DNA of 36,478 nucleotides from positions 1 through 36,478 of the forward strand of contig CAXTWP010000001.1 of assembly GCA_964247945.1 (NCBI GenBank). The letters are read 5' to 3'. The stretch is from an uncultured Acidobacteriaceae bacterium. GTDB taxonomy: Bacteria > Acidobacteriota > Terriglobia > Terriglobales > Acidobacteriaceae. The translations under genes were made by a program, and so were the position numbers. Numbering within the stretch: position 1 is the first letter of the stretch; each line of letters starts with the position of its first letter. Positions 19,723-28,746 of the stretch are shown in pieces. The notes under the pieces are model-generated. The model saw nothing but the letters and a program-made list of their open reading frames with translations. It was not told the DNA's origin and searched no databases.

Positions 19723-22395
19723 TCATACCGTCTTTACCCCTTGTTCCAGGTACTGGTTTAACAGTTCTGGGAGCAAGCCGCCGTGGGCAAAGTAGTGGAT
19801 TTCTTCATCTGTATCAAGACGGCATTCAACCAAGATTCGACGGATTTGCTGGCTTGGTTCATTGATCACAACCGTGAGCATTTGACGAGGCTTTAGGCCT
19901 GACGTGACCTCGATGATGATGTCAATAGTTTCATACCCGGTAAGGCCCAGTGTTTTTCTCGTCTCTCCACCTGAAAACTGCAACGGCAAAATACCCATTC
20001 CAGCGAGATTCGCTCTGTGTATACGCTCGAAGCTTTCCGCCAGTACGGCGCGGACTCCCAAGAGTCGCGGACCCTTGGCTGCCCAATCTCGAGAAGAACC
20101 GCTACCGTAATTCTGACCAGCTATGACAAGCAAAGGCTGAGCGCGTCTCTCGTACTCCTGGGCCGCTTCGAAAATCGACATAACGGAATCGTCTGGCAGG
20201 AGTCGTGTAAGAGGACCTTCTGTGCCTGGCAAAAGTTCATTCTTCAGGCGCGGGCTAGCAAACGTAGCACGCATCGCCGCCTCATGGTTTCCTCGACGGG
20301 TTCCGTATGAATTGAAGCTCGAAGGCGAAACGCCTCGCCGTTGGAGATAAACGCCTGTATCACTTTCGGGAAGGATTGCACCGGAAGGCGATATATGGTC
20401 CGTGGTGATATGGTCTCCTAGCATCACGAGAATCCGCATCTGCGTCAAGTCAGCCCTCCTATCCCTAGCGTTGGCATCCGGATTCCAGTAGGGAGGCTGC
20501 CTAATGTAGGTACTTGCTGGATCCCATGCGTAGCGCACTGGTGCACCAACCTCAATTAGCGATTGCCTCTCAACCTTCGTGGGAAGATCCGCGTATGCTG
20601 TCGCGAAAACATCCGCAGTCACGAACTCCTTTTCCAGTTCGTCCAAGTCACCATCCGATGGCCATAATTCGCGGAGAAAGACGGGTTTGCCCTCGGAGTC
20701 GTTGGCAAGCGAATCAATCTCGGGATCGATGTCGCTTCTGCCTGCTATCGCGTACGCTACAACGAGCGGCGGAGACATGATGAACGCTTCCCTTGCTAGA
20801 GGATGAATGCGGCCTTCAAAATTACGATTTCCGGATGTTACGGCCACAGTTGCTAAATTGCCATCGCGGATCTCTTCTTCGAGTTTGGTCGACAGAAGAG
20901 GTCCGGACATGCCATTGCAGGTCGTGCAACCGTATCCGATAACGTTGAAACCAAGAGCGTCAAGTGATTTATCTAGGCCCGACCGAGAGAGATACCGTCC
21001 GACTGCCAGAGAACCTGGAGCAAAAGAAGTCTTAACCCATGGAGCTCGCTTGAGCCCGCGCGCGTGTGCATTTTGGGCTACGAGCGCCGCTGCCAGCACA
21101 GCACGTGGATTCGACGTATTCGTGCAACTGGTAATAGCGGCGATCACTACGGCGGAGTTTGGGATGGAGCCGCGTTCCAGGAATTTCTCGGAGTCCACAC
21201 GGCTTGAGATCGCGTTTCCGTCAAAGGAGCCGTTCGACTCTCCTTGCCCCAGGATGATCAGCTGATGAGGCTGTCTCGGCCCTGCAATTGCTCGCTTGAC
21301 CAGAGACAGATCAAAGCGCAGGACTCGGTCATAACGCGCCTCTTCTAGCGCATCACTCCATAGGCCTTGACTTTTCGAATAAGCCTTCGTCAGGGCACAT
21401 GCGTGTGTTGACCGCCCGGTGACGCTCATATAGTCAAGCGTTCTGGAGTCGATCGGAAACATGGCTGTCGTGGCACCAAATTCGGGAGCCATATTTGAAA
21501 TGGTTCCACGATCTGCAAGCGACAGTTGCGCTAGGGACGGGCCGAAGAATTCGATGAAAGCCCCTACGACTTCTTCGCGCCGCAGTCGCTCGCTAAGCGC
21601 AAGCGCGATATCCGTAGCGATGTAACCTGTAGACAGATTCCCTTCAAGTCGAATACCAACCACTTCTGGAAGCCTCAACATCAAAGCTTTCCCCAGCATC
21701 GCGGCCTCTGCTTCAATTCCACCAACTCCCCAACCGAGAACCCCGATGGCGTTGATCATAGTCGTGTGACTATCCGTTCCGACAAGGGTGTCAGGATAGG
21801 CCGCGAGGCAATCGCCTTCCCGAGCGGCAGCAATCACGGGCGTCAAGTGCTCAATGTTGATTTGGTGGAGAATCCCTTGCCCGGATGGAATGATCGAAAC
21901 GTTGCCGAACGCCTCGTTTGCCCATGAAAGAAAAGCGAAACGCTCAGCATTCAAGGTCCGTTCCGCCTTCATGTTCGCACTCTGTGCCCCTTCAGACCCC
22001 CACTGCTCGACATTTAAAGAATGGTCGACGACAAGGTGCACAGGCGTCACAGGATTCACGCGTGCCGGATTACCGCCCCCATCCGCAACTGCATCCCGGA
22101 GCCCGGCAAGATCGACGAGAGCCGGCGTTCCTAAAAGATCTTGCAACACAACTCGACCCGGGCGGTAGGGGAAATCTGTGTTCCGATCTCGCGACACGAT
22201 CACTCTTAGAGCTGAATCACGCGCTGCGTCGTCCTCCTCAGTCCGGGCAACATTCTCCGCGAGAATCCTCAGACTATAGGGCAGTTCACGGTATGCAGCA
22301 TGCTGAATTCTGTCACAGGCCGCAGCAGCGTCAACAATTTCGTAGGGCTGTCCGACCACATCTAATGACTTCCTAAAGGCCTTGTGGGTCAGCAT
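19723..22395 (-). CDS. acnD: AcnD-like Fe-S aconitase-family (de)hydratase
   Basis: ALVDLAGLRDA, SCTNTSNPR, CTTCNGMSG (AcnD-type), GNRNFEGR and GSSRDWAAKG; directly upstream of prpF. Start reassigned to ATG 22395. Confidence 0.8.
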   Translation of the reverse strand: MLTHKAFRKSLDVVGQPYEIVDAAAACDRIQHAAYRELPYSLRILAENVARTEEDDAARDSALRVIVSRDRNTDFPYRPGRVVLQDLLGTPALVDLAGLRDAVADGGGNPARVNPVTPVHLVVDHSLNVEQWGSEGAQSANMKAERTLNAERFAFLSWANEAFGNVSIIPSGQGILHQINIEHLTPVIAAAREGDCLAAYPDTLVGTDSHTTMINAIGVLGWGVGGIEAEAAMLGKALMLRLPEVVGIRLEGNLSTGYIATDIALALSERLRREEVVGAFIEFFGPSLAQLSLADRGTISNMAPEFGATTAMFPIDSRTLDYMSVTGRSTHACALTKAYSKSQGLWSDALEEARYDRVLRFDLSLVKRAIAGPRQPHQLIILGQGESNGSFDGNAISSRVDSEKFLERGSIPNSAVVIAAITSCTNTSNPRAVLAAALVAQNAHARGLKRAPWVKTSFAPGSLAVGRYLSRSGLDKSLDALGFNVIGYGCTTCNGMSGPLLSTKLEEEIRDGNLATVAVTSGNRNFEGRIHPLAREAFIMSPPLVVAYAIAGRSDIDPEIDSLANDSEGKPVFLRELWPSDGDLDELEKEFVTADVFATAYADLPTKVERQSLIEVGAPVRYAWDPASTYIRQPPYWNPDANARDRRADLTQMRILVMLGDHITTDHISPSGAILPESDTGVYLQRRGVSPSSFNSYGTRRGNHEAAMRATFASPRLKNELLPGTEGPLTRLLPDDSVMSIFEAAQEYERRAQPLLVIAGQNYGSGSSRDWAAKGPRLLGVRAVLAESFERIHRANLAGMGILPLQFSGGETRKTLGLTGYETIDIIIEVTSGLKPRQMLTVVINEPSQQIRRILVECRLDTDEEIHYFAHGGLLPELLNQYLEQGVKTV

Positions 22396-22435
22396 GTCTA
22401 TTGGACCTTTCTGAGGCGGGCAACACGCCTGCTCC

Positions 22436-22468
22436 TTCCATTTTGCATTCTCGTCGCATAAAATGCAA
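22436..22468. promoter_or_regulatory. Putative GntR operator TTGCATT-N12-AATGCAA (22443-22468) overlapping a possible sigma70 promoter
   Basis: Palindrome in the divergent acnD/MFS spacer, overlapping TTCCAT-N17-TAAAAT on the plus strand. Confidence 0.62.
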
Positions 22469-22543
22469 CCATAAAGACAGAGAGTGCGCCATTCATGCCA
22501 CCGCTCATTTACCACGAATCCCTAGACCTGGACTGGAGAACAA

Positions 22544-23818
22544 ATGACATATCGACGCGGCTGGGTCGCAGTGTTCCTTTTCACCTTGGCGATGATCAAT
22601 TACATGGATCGGATCGCATTATCAATTGCCGCGAAGGCGGTTCAAACGGAGTTCCATATTTCGACGATAAAGATGGGTTATCTCTTCTCCTCTTTCGTTT
22701 GGAGCTACGCCGTGTTCCTTCTTCCAATGGGTTTTCTGATCGATCGCTTCGGGGCCAAACGGTTGGCAGCGATCGGAATCGCGATATGGTCTGCCGCGAC
22801 GGTGTTCACTGGTTTGACGACTTCCTTCAGTTCCATCTTATTTGCCCGCCTGGTCATGGGGGCAGGCGAATCCACGAGCAACCCCATAGGAGCTAAAGTC
22901 ATACGCGAGTGGATACCGTCTTCAGAACGAGGGGTCATCACCGCAATCTTCAACAGTGGATCCTATGCTGGGCCAGCCCTTTGCTCTGTGTTCCTGGGGT
23001 TTCTTGTAGCTTCGTTTGGTTGGCGATATTCTTTCTTCATTGCCGGGGGGGTTGGCTTTCTGTGGCTTCTTCTCTGGTCTTTGGTATACCAAATTCCGGA
23101 GAAGGCCCGGTGGCTGGGCCAAGATGAAAGGGACAAGATCCTCGAGGAGAGAGAGAATACCCGAGATCAAACGGTCGAGGATGCGCAAGCCGACGGTTTG
23201 ATGAGCCTGCTCAGAACACCAACATTGTGGGGGATTGCCTTGACCCAGGGGTGCAATGTCTACACGCAATACCTGTTCTTGACCTGGCTGCCCAGCTACC
23301 TACAATCGACTAAGAATCTCAGCCTTGCAAAGACCGGCTATCTCACGGCGGTACCGTATGCTGCCGCAGTGGTACTGTGCGTCTACGCTGGGCGACTGAG
23401 CGACTTGTATCTCAAACGCTCGGGGGTGGCGAGCGGTGCCCGACGGAACGCCGTCGCTATTGCACTGCTCGTAGGCGCCGTCGTGTTGTTTGTGCCGATT
23501 ACTAAGAGCACCCCAATGCTCCTGACAATCTTTGCAATTACTTTGACCGGTATTGCTTCAACTACTTCCCTCAATTTTGCTCTGCTTAATGATCTCGTGC
23601 CCCATGGGCGTGACATTGGCAAGGCAATGGCTTTTGTCGTTGTTGGGGGCAACATCTTTGGGCTGATTGCGCCCATTGCGACAGGCTATGTGGTAGCCGC
23701 GACAGGGAGCTACAATTGGGCGTTTGCTGTCGCCGGCTTGCTCTTACTAGTTGGCGCGATAGTCACCCTCACTATGACAAGACGGCCGATGAATGCGGCT
23801 CCGATTACAACGCGTTAG
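22544..23818 (+). CDS. MFS transporter, anion:cation symporter (DgoT/GudP-like)
   Basis: INYMDRIALSIA, GFLIDRFGAKR, ERG and FLTWLPSYL; many hydrophobic segments. Confidence 0.9.
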   Translation: MTYRRGWVAVFLFTLAMINYMDRIALSIAAKAVQTEFHISTIKMGYLFSSFVWSYAVFLLPMGFLIDRFGAKRLAAIGIAIWSAATVFTGLTTSFSSILFARLVMGAGESTSNPIGAKVIREWIPSSERGVITAIFNSGSYAGPALCSVFLGFLVASFGWRYSFFIAGGVGFLWLLLWSLVYQIPEKARWLGQDERDKILEERENTRDQTVEDAQADGLMSLLRTPTLWGIALTQGCNVYTQYLFLTWLPSYLQSTKNLSLAKTGYLTAVPYAAAVVLCVYAGRLSDLYLKRSGVASGARRNAVAIALLVGAVVLFVPITKSTPMLLTIFAITLTGIASTTSLNFALLNDLVPHGRDIGKAMAFVVVGGNIFGLIAPIATGYVVAATGSYNWAFAVAGLLLLVGAIVTLTMTRRPMNAAPITTR

Positions 23819-24058
23819 GTCCTTCGGCAGGAGTGAAGAACCGGTCAGTATCGAGGCGGCGAGTGAATCAATATTATGTCAAACGGCACGCGGTAAAGAG
23901 CTTGCCTGAATCAGCCAAGTTCAACACGATGCGATGCCTGAGCTTCAAAGGTCGGTCCAGTGGGACAGCAAGCGGATACTTCTGAAACTCGGCTGGAGGG
24001 GCCTAAGTGAGCGCGGCGGTATAGCATTGCAGTCGAGCCACCTCAGGACTTTCATCAC

Positions 24059-24961
24059 ATGGAAGCATCGAACATACAAACATCTGGCACCAAATTCCGC
24101 ATGGCGGTCATGGACGAAAAGCCGCTTCAAGTAATTGGAGCCATCGATGCCCTGACCGCGCGCATCGCAGAAACAGTCGGCTTCCGCGCACTCTACCTTT
24201 CCGGAGGTGGCGTCGCCGCCAATTCTCTCGGTGTACCGGATCTGGGCATCAGCACCATGGAAGATGTGCTCACAGACGCTCGGCGTATCACGGATGCGAC
24301 CACGCTTCCATTACTCGTAGACATCGACACCGGCTGGGGAGGAGCTTTCAACATCGCCCGTACGATACGGTCGATGATCAAAGCCGGCGTTGCTGCCGTA
24401 CACATTGAAGATCAAGTCGGCGCCAAGCGCTGCGGGCATCGTGCGGGCAAACACGTAGTCCCCACGGGGGAGATGCTGGATCGGATCAAAGCCGCAGTTG
24501 ATGCCCGCACTCACACTAATTTTGTCATCATGGCCCGCACCGATGCCTTGCAAATCGAAGGTCTCGATCAGACGTTGGCTCGCATTCGTGCCTATGTGGA
24601 AGCAGGTGCGGACATGATATTCGCGGAAGCCGTCACCGAGCTTTGTCTATACCCAAAGTTTCGGGAAGCAGCAGGCGTTCCCATTCTCGCCAACATCACG
24701 GAGTTCGGCAATACACCTCTCTACACCAGGCAGGAGCTCGGAGCCGTTGAAGTTGATATCGTCCTCTACTGCTGCTCCGCTTACCGTGCCATGAATGCGG
24801 CTGCGCTGAAGGTCTATCAAGCGATACGCTCAGAAGGTACTCAAAGCGGCGCACTTGACATGATGCAGACTCGAGAAGAACTCTTTGAATTCCTTGGCTA
24901 TCACGAATACGAACAGAAGCTAGACAGACTCTTTGCATCGTCCAAGCTCGACCGGCAGTAG
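24059..24961 (+). CDS. prpB: 2-methylisocitrate lyase
   Basis: [41 protein letters not shown] and LANITEFG. Confidence 0.93.
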   Translation: MEASNIQTSGTKFRMAVMDEKPLQVIGAIDALTARIAETVGFRALYLSGGGVAANSLGVPDLGISTMEDVLTDARRITDATTLPLLVDIDTGWGGAFNIARTIRSMIKAGVAAVHIEDQVGAKRCGHRAGKHVVPTGEMLDRIKAAVDARTHTNFVIMARTDALQIEGLDQTLARIRAYVEAGADMIFAEAVTELCLYPKFREAAGVPILANITEFGNTPLYTRQELGAVEVDIVLYCCSAYRAMNAAALKVYQAIRSEGTQSGALDMMQTREELFEFLGYHEYEQKLDRLFASSKLDRQ

Positions 24962-25140
24962 AGGGGAAGGTGCAGGAGTGGGAAAGTCTCCTAGAAAAAT
25001 TTGGTCTAAGCTGCGACCTTTTTGGTGGGCGGCATCAACTTCTTAGCGGAGGTCATCGCCTCCCTCATGGCTGCGGGCTTCGACTTCTTTCTTCTTGTTC
25101 GGGGAGGGGTGTAGAAAGACGGTCTCGGCTTCCGCGAGAA

Positions 25141-25499
25141 GGTTGCCGCGCTTCCCACCTGGATAGTTACGTTCAACACTTGCTCGGCTCACACTATGAG
25201 CTTGGTCCCGGTAGGTTCCTGCTCGGAGAACCCGGACGCGGTCACGCTCAGAATGTAGCTACCGGGCTGTAAGTTCTGAATCGAGGAGAACCCTGAAGAT
25301 TCGTTGATCGCTGCGAGATTTCTGTCGCACTGTTGTTGATCTGTACGGACGCGTGTCCGACTGCGGCGTGAGAAAGATCGCCTACGGTTCCGGATAAGGT
25401 TGCTCCGGAGGCTTGAGCGGGGAGAGGTGACGTGGAAATCGATACCAAAGAAACGAGCAGGACGCCCACGCGGAGTGTTTTGCATTTGATTCGCACCAT
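25141..25499 (-). pseudogene. N-terminal relic of a second Oar-type TonB-dependent receptor
   Basis: AGGAG RBS and signal peptide, AQASGATLSGTVGD, a frameshift, NLQPGSYILSVTASGF, an in-frame TGA, then AEQVLNVTIQVG before similarity is lost. Confidence 0.8.
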
Positions 25500-25580
25500 C
25501 GGAACTTCTCCTTGGACATTCGGCACAATCTCAGTGTTGAGGGCTCGCCTGCCGTGGCACGAAATTAGCTGTGCAAGCGG

Positions 25581-25606
25581 TTGTATCTTGTCAGATCGAA
25601 ATACAA
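25581..25606. promoter_or_regulatory. Putative GntR operator TTGTATC-N12-AATACAA
   Basis: 26-bp palindrome about 80 bp upstream of the TonB relic. Confidence 0.55.
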
Positions 25607-26147
25607 AAGCGGGTGAAACGATTGGCAGAGAGCGGTGGTGCCCGACCCCTTTCCCCCGCCGGGCGGACCTCTGGGCCCGGCGTGGCTTACATGGCGAGCA
25701 GTTAGCTCGAAGTCAGGACACTGGCCGCGCTTGGCGCACCGAAGTTCTTCCACAGGATGTGCCCTGGTAGTGATGTCCCCCTCGCTACAGGATCAAACCC
25801 ACCGTTGCGAGGTCAGGTAGGTGGGGGGCATTTGGGTGAGCATACCCGAGGCTGCAGCGTCCCGTGACCTTCAGCATGCGAGTGCCGTCTGGTACACACC
25901 GTAGTGCTCCTCCGGGAGGGTCCCGTGATCGTTTCAGCCCCGGCGAACCTATGCGGGGTCGATCTCAGCATTGGTGATGCGACTTTGAAAGGGCCTAGAC
26001 CTGCTAAGGGTCCATTGAGGAGCCTGAACTGATCAAGCGGGCCCCGCACGGCCGTTGGGGAGAGTCGGTTCAGTCAGCTATAGTGAGGTCCCAGGGAGTA
26101 CTTGATCTCCTAGCTTAGATACAACTGGTCATCGACTCGATAAAATA

Positions 26148-27140
26148 ATGAAATCTCACAACATAGGCGTGGCTAAGAATCGGAAAGCGCTCACTGTTCC
26201 GTCTAGAGACTCGGCCGCTCCTAAGACCAGCAGCGGGATGCCCTCATTGTCGACCCAACTTGCCTCTCGCATCTTGGAGAGAATTAAAATTCTCGATAGC
26301 CCTAATGGCGGGCATCTTTCGGAGCAGCATTTAGCAGATGCGCTCAGGGTTTCCCGAACACCGATTCGGCAAGCTCTACAGTTGTTAGAACAAATGGAAC
26401 TTGTGGAAAGAAGGCCCAATCGAGGGTTCTTCCTCATGAAGGCAGCGAAAGACTTGGGAGTAAACCCACTGTTGGTGCACGGGGACGTGGAGGATCCGCT
26501 TTACTTCCAGATCGCCGAAGATCGCCTATCCGGCAATCTGGCGCCGAGCTTCACGGAGGCTGAGCTCATGCGACGCTATGGAGTCACGCGCGCGCGAATC
26601 CTGAGGCTGCTTGAAGCAATGAGCCGAGAAGGTTGGCTCAGCCGGCTTCCTGGGCATGGGTGGGAATTTCAGCCGACACTCAGCTCCCCACATGCCTACG
26701 AGCAGAGCTTTCGCTTTCGGAAGCTGATTGAGCCCGCAGCTCTACTTGAACCCGGGTATCATCTTGAGCCGCAAGTGATCGCACGTTGTCGCGAGGAGCA
26801 GCAGGCGATGCTCGATGGGGGCATCCTCCGCTGGCCCCGCACCGAGACGTTTCTTATCGGAGCATCCTTCCACGAATCGCTGGTGGCCGGGGGGAACAAC
26901 CCGCTTTTACTCGACGCCATACGCAGAGTGAACAGGTTGAGGAGATTGATAGAGTACCGCATCACAGCCAACCGCGGACGAATGATTCAGCAATGCAAAG
27001 AACATCTCCATCTCCTTGATCTCATTGAGGCGGGGCGACTAAAGAACGCATCGGTGTTCTTACTCAAACACCTGGAAGAGGCCCGGAGCCAGAAGCTGAT
27101 TCTGGCAATCGGACTTGAAGGGCCGCACAGCGACAACTGA
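26148..27140 (+). CDS. Second GntR/FCD regulator with two tandem wHTH domains (start may be ATG 26238)
   Basis: LSEQHLADALRVSRTPIRQAL...PNRGFF, TEAELMRRYGVTRA...GHGW and FHESL...EHLHLL. Clearly similar to 16281-17177. Confidence 0.9.
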   Translation: MKSHNIGVAKNRKALTVPSRDSAAPKTSSGMPSLSTQLASRILERIKILDSPNGGHLSEQHLADALRVSRTPIRQALQLLEQMELVERRPNRGFFLMKAAKDLGVNPLLVHGDVEDPLYFQIAEDRLSGNLAPSFTEAELMRRYGVTRARILRLLEAMSREGWLSRLPGHGWEFQPTLSSPHAYEQSFRFRKLIEPAALLEPGYHLEPQVIARCREEQQAMLDGGILRWPRTETFLIGASFHESLVAGGNNPLLLDAIRRVNRLRRLIEYRITANRGRMIQQCKEHLHLLDLIEAGRLKNASVFLLKHLEEARSQKLILAIGLEGPHSDN

Positions 27141-27267
27141 AACGATGCGCCAACCGGCGCGACTCCGGAAAGCACTGTTCGAAACCGGTAGGTCAAACAA
27201 ACGGCTCTGATTCTCCGCCCGGTTTGTATGGGGACCGCGCAATGGCCACAGAAGTTGATGCGATTGG

Positions 27268-27312
27268 TTGACATCCAAAGCCGATTGATTGTATTCTGCC
27301 GCTATAATACAC
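27268..27312 (+). promoter_or_regulatory. sigma70 promoter (TTGACA-N18-TATTCT) overlapped by palindrome TGTATT-N10-AATACA
   Basis: TTGACA 27268-27273, TATTCT 27292-27297 and palindrome 27290-27311, upstream of the MFS-aconitase pair. Confidence 0.6.
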
Positions 27313-27374
27313 AATCACGCGGATTGGCGCGTTTCTACTATGTCTCAGCGCATTTGCGCGAGAAAGGAGGCCCG

Positions 27375-28706
27375 GTGCCGGATTCGAAAAGGGTTCATAC
27401 GAGAACAATGTCCAAAGTGGGCAAGCATCTCATACCATTCATGATTCTTATGTACTGCGTCAACTTCCTCGATCGTGTAAACGTTAGTTTTGCCGCCCTC
27501 CAAATGAACCACGATCTTGGCTTTACGCCGCAGATGTACGGGTTTGCAGCTGGTATCCTATTCATCGGTTACACGGGGTTCGAGATCCCCAGCAACCTGG
27601 TCTTAGCGCGCGTCGGCGCTCGGCGGTGGCTAGCGCGAATCATGATCACGTGGGGCCTCTTGGGAATCGCCAACGCCTTCGTTTATGACCAACACTCCTT
27701 CTACGTGGTTCGTTTTCTTTTAGGCATGGCGGAGGCTGGATTCTTCCCTGGGATCATCTACTATATGATGCGTTGGTTTCCTGCGAAGGAAAGGGCCGCT
27801 GCCATCGCCCTCTTTATGCTGGGAAATCCAATTTCAGTGATTTTCGGAAGTCCCTTGTCCACTGCCATTCTAGAGGTGCATCCTTACCTCGGCTTGCGTG
27901 GCTGGCAATGGCTCTTCATTCTTGAGGGAGTGCCAGCTGTTGTGCTGGGAATCGTGGCCCTGCGTTGGCTTACGGAATCTCCTGAACAGGCCACATGGTT
28001 AGAACCTGAAGAGCGTACGTGGCTCATCGAGCATATCGCGGCGGAGAACGCCGCGAAGCCGAAAGCCGCGCACATGAGCCTGACGCAACTCTTCAGCAAT
28101 GGGAAGTTGCTGGCGCTTGGGGCATCGAAATTCTGTGTTCTGCTTGCGTTTTTTGGGATCACACTTTGGTTGCCGCAGATAGTCAAGATGATGGGAAAGC
28201 TAACAAACTATCAAACCGGCTTTGTGACGGCCATCCCATACATCTTCTCAGCAACATCGAGCGTAATAGTGAGTCGGCATTCCGATAGAACAGGTGAGCG
28301 CACATTTCACATCGCCATCCCCGCTCTTTTCGGTTGCGCCGGGTTTGTATTCACAGCCACAGTCCACAATCCCTATCTCGCCTTGGTAGGCCTGTCGGTG
28401 GCAGCTACTGGACTATGGATCTCAAATACGGTGTTTTGGACACTACCAGCCAATCTGTTAGCTGGGACCTCCGCTGCGGCCGGTATCGCAATGATCAATA
28501 CGATTGGCAACCTAGGAGGATTCTTTGGGCCTTACTTCACCGGCTGGCTCAGGGAGCGCACTCATAATTACACAGCATCCTTGTTCGTGCTCTCGGGCTT
28601 CCTTTTCATAAGCGCAGCAATCGTTCTGCTGCTCGGCTGGACTGATGCTAGGGGTCGTCAACGGAACGCTCTCGCATCTCTTGATAGTTACGCATCAGAG
28701 CAGTGA
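27375..28706 (+). CDS. MFS transporter, anion:cation symporter (TtuB/tartrate-like)
   Basis: AAGGAGG RBS before GTG 27375. NFLDRVNVSFA, FEIPSN, AEAGFFPG, GWQWLFILEG and INTIGNLGGF. Confidence 0.9.
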   Translation: MPDSKRVHTRTMSKVGKHLIPFMILMYCVNFLDRVNVSFAALQMNHDLGFTPQMYGFAAGILFIGYTGFEIPSNLVLARVGARRWLARIMITWGLLGIANAFVYDQHSFYVVRFLLGMAEAGFFPGIIYYMMRWFPAKERAAAIALFMLGNPISVIFGSPLSTAILEVHPYLGLRGWQWLFILEGVPAVVLGIVALRWLTESPEQATWLEPEERTWLIEHIAAENAAKPKAAHMSLTQLFSNGKLLALGASKFCVLLAFFGITLWLPQIVKMMGKLTNYQTGFVTAIPYIFSATSSVIVSRHSDRTGERTFHIAIPALFGCAGFVFTATVHNPYLALVGLSVAATGLWISNTVFWTLPANLLAGTSAAAGIAMINTIGNLGGFFGPYFTGWLRERTHNYTASLFVLSGFLFISAAIVLLLGWTDARGRQRNALASLDSYASEQ

Positions 28707-28746
28707 TCGCCGGAGAGAGTAGCGGCTACAAGGGCGGTTTCACATT

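Noticed and set aside
18504-24961. Complete canonical 2-methylcitrate (propionate) operon
   Set aside because: prpC, prpD, prpE and prpR are absent here, and the gene order and aconitase motifs differ. prpC elsewhere in the genome is not excluded.
25555-25570. sigma54 promoter TGGCAC-N5-TAGC
   Set aside because: It faces away from the adjacent TonB relic, is about 580 bp from the next plus-strand gene, and no enhancer-binding protein is nearby.
26010-26118. PHGRWGESVQSAIV resembling an acyl-CoA synthetase C-terminus
   Set aside because: Too short, with no supporting upstream similarity.
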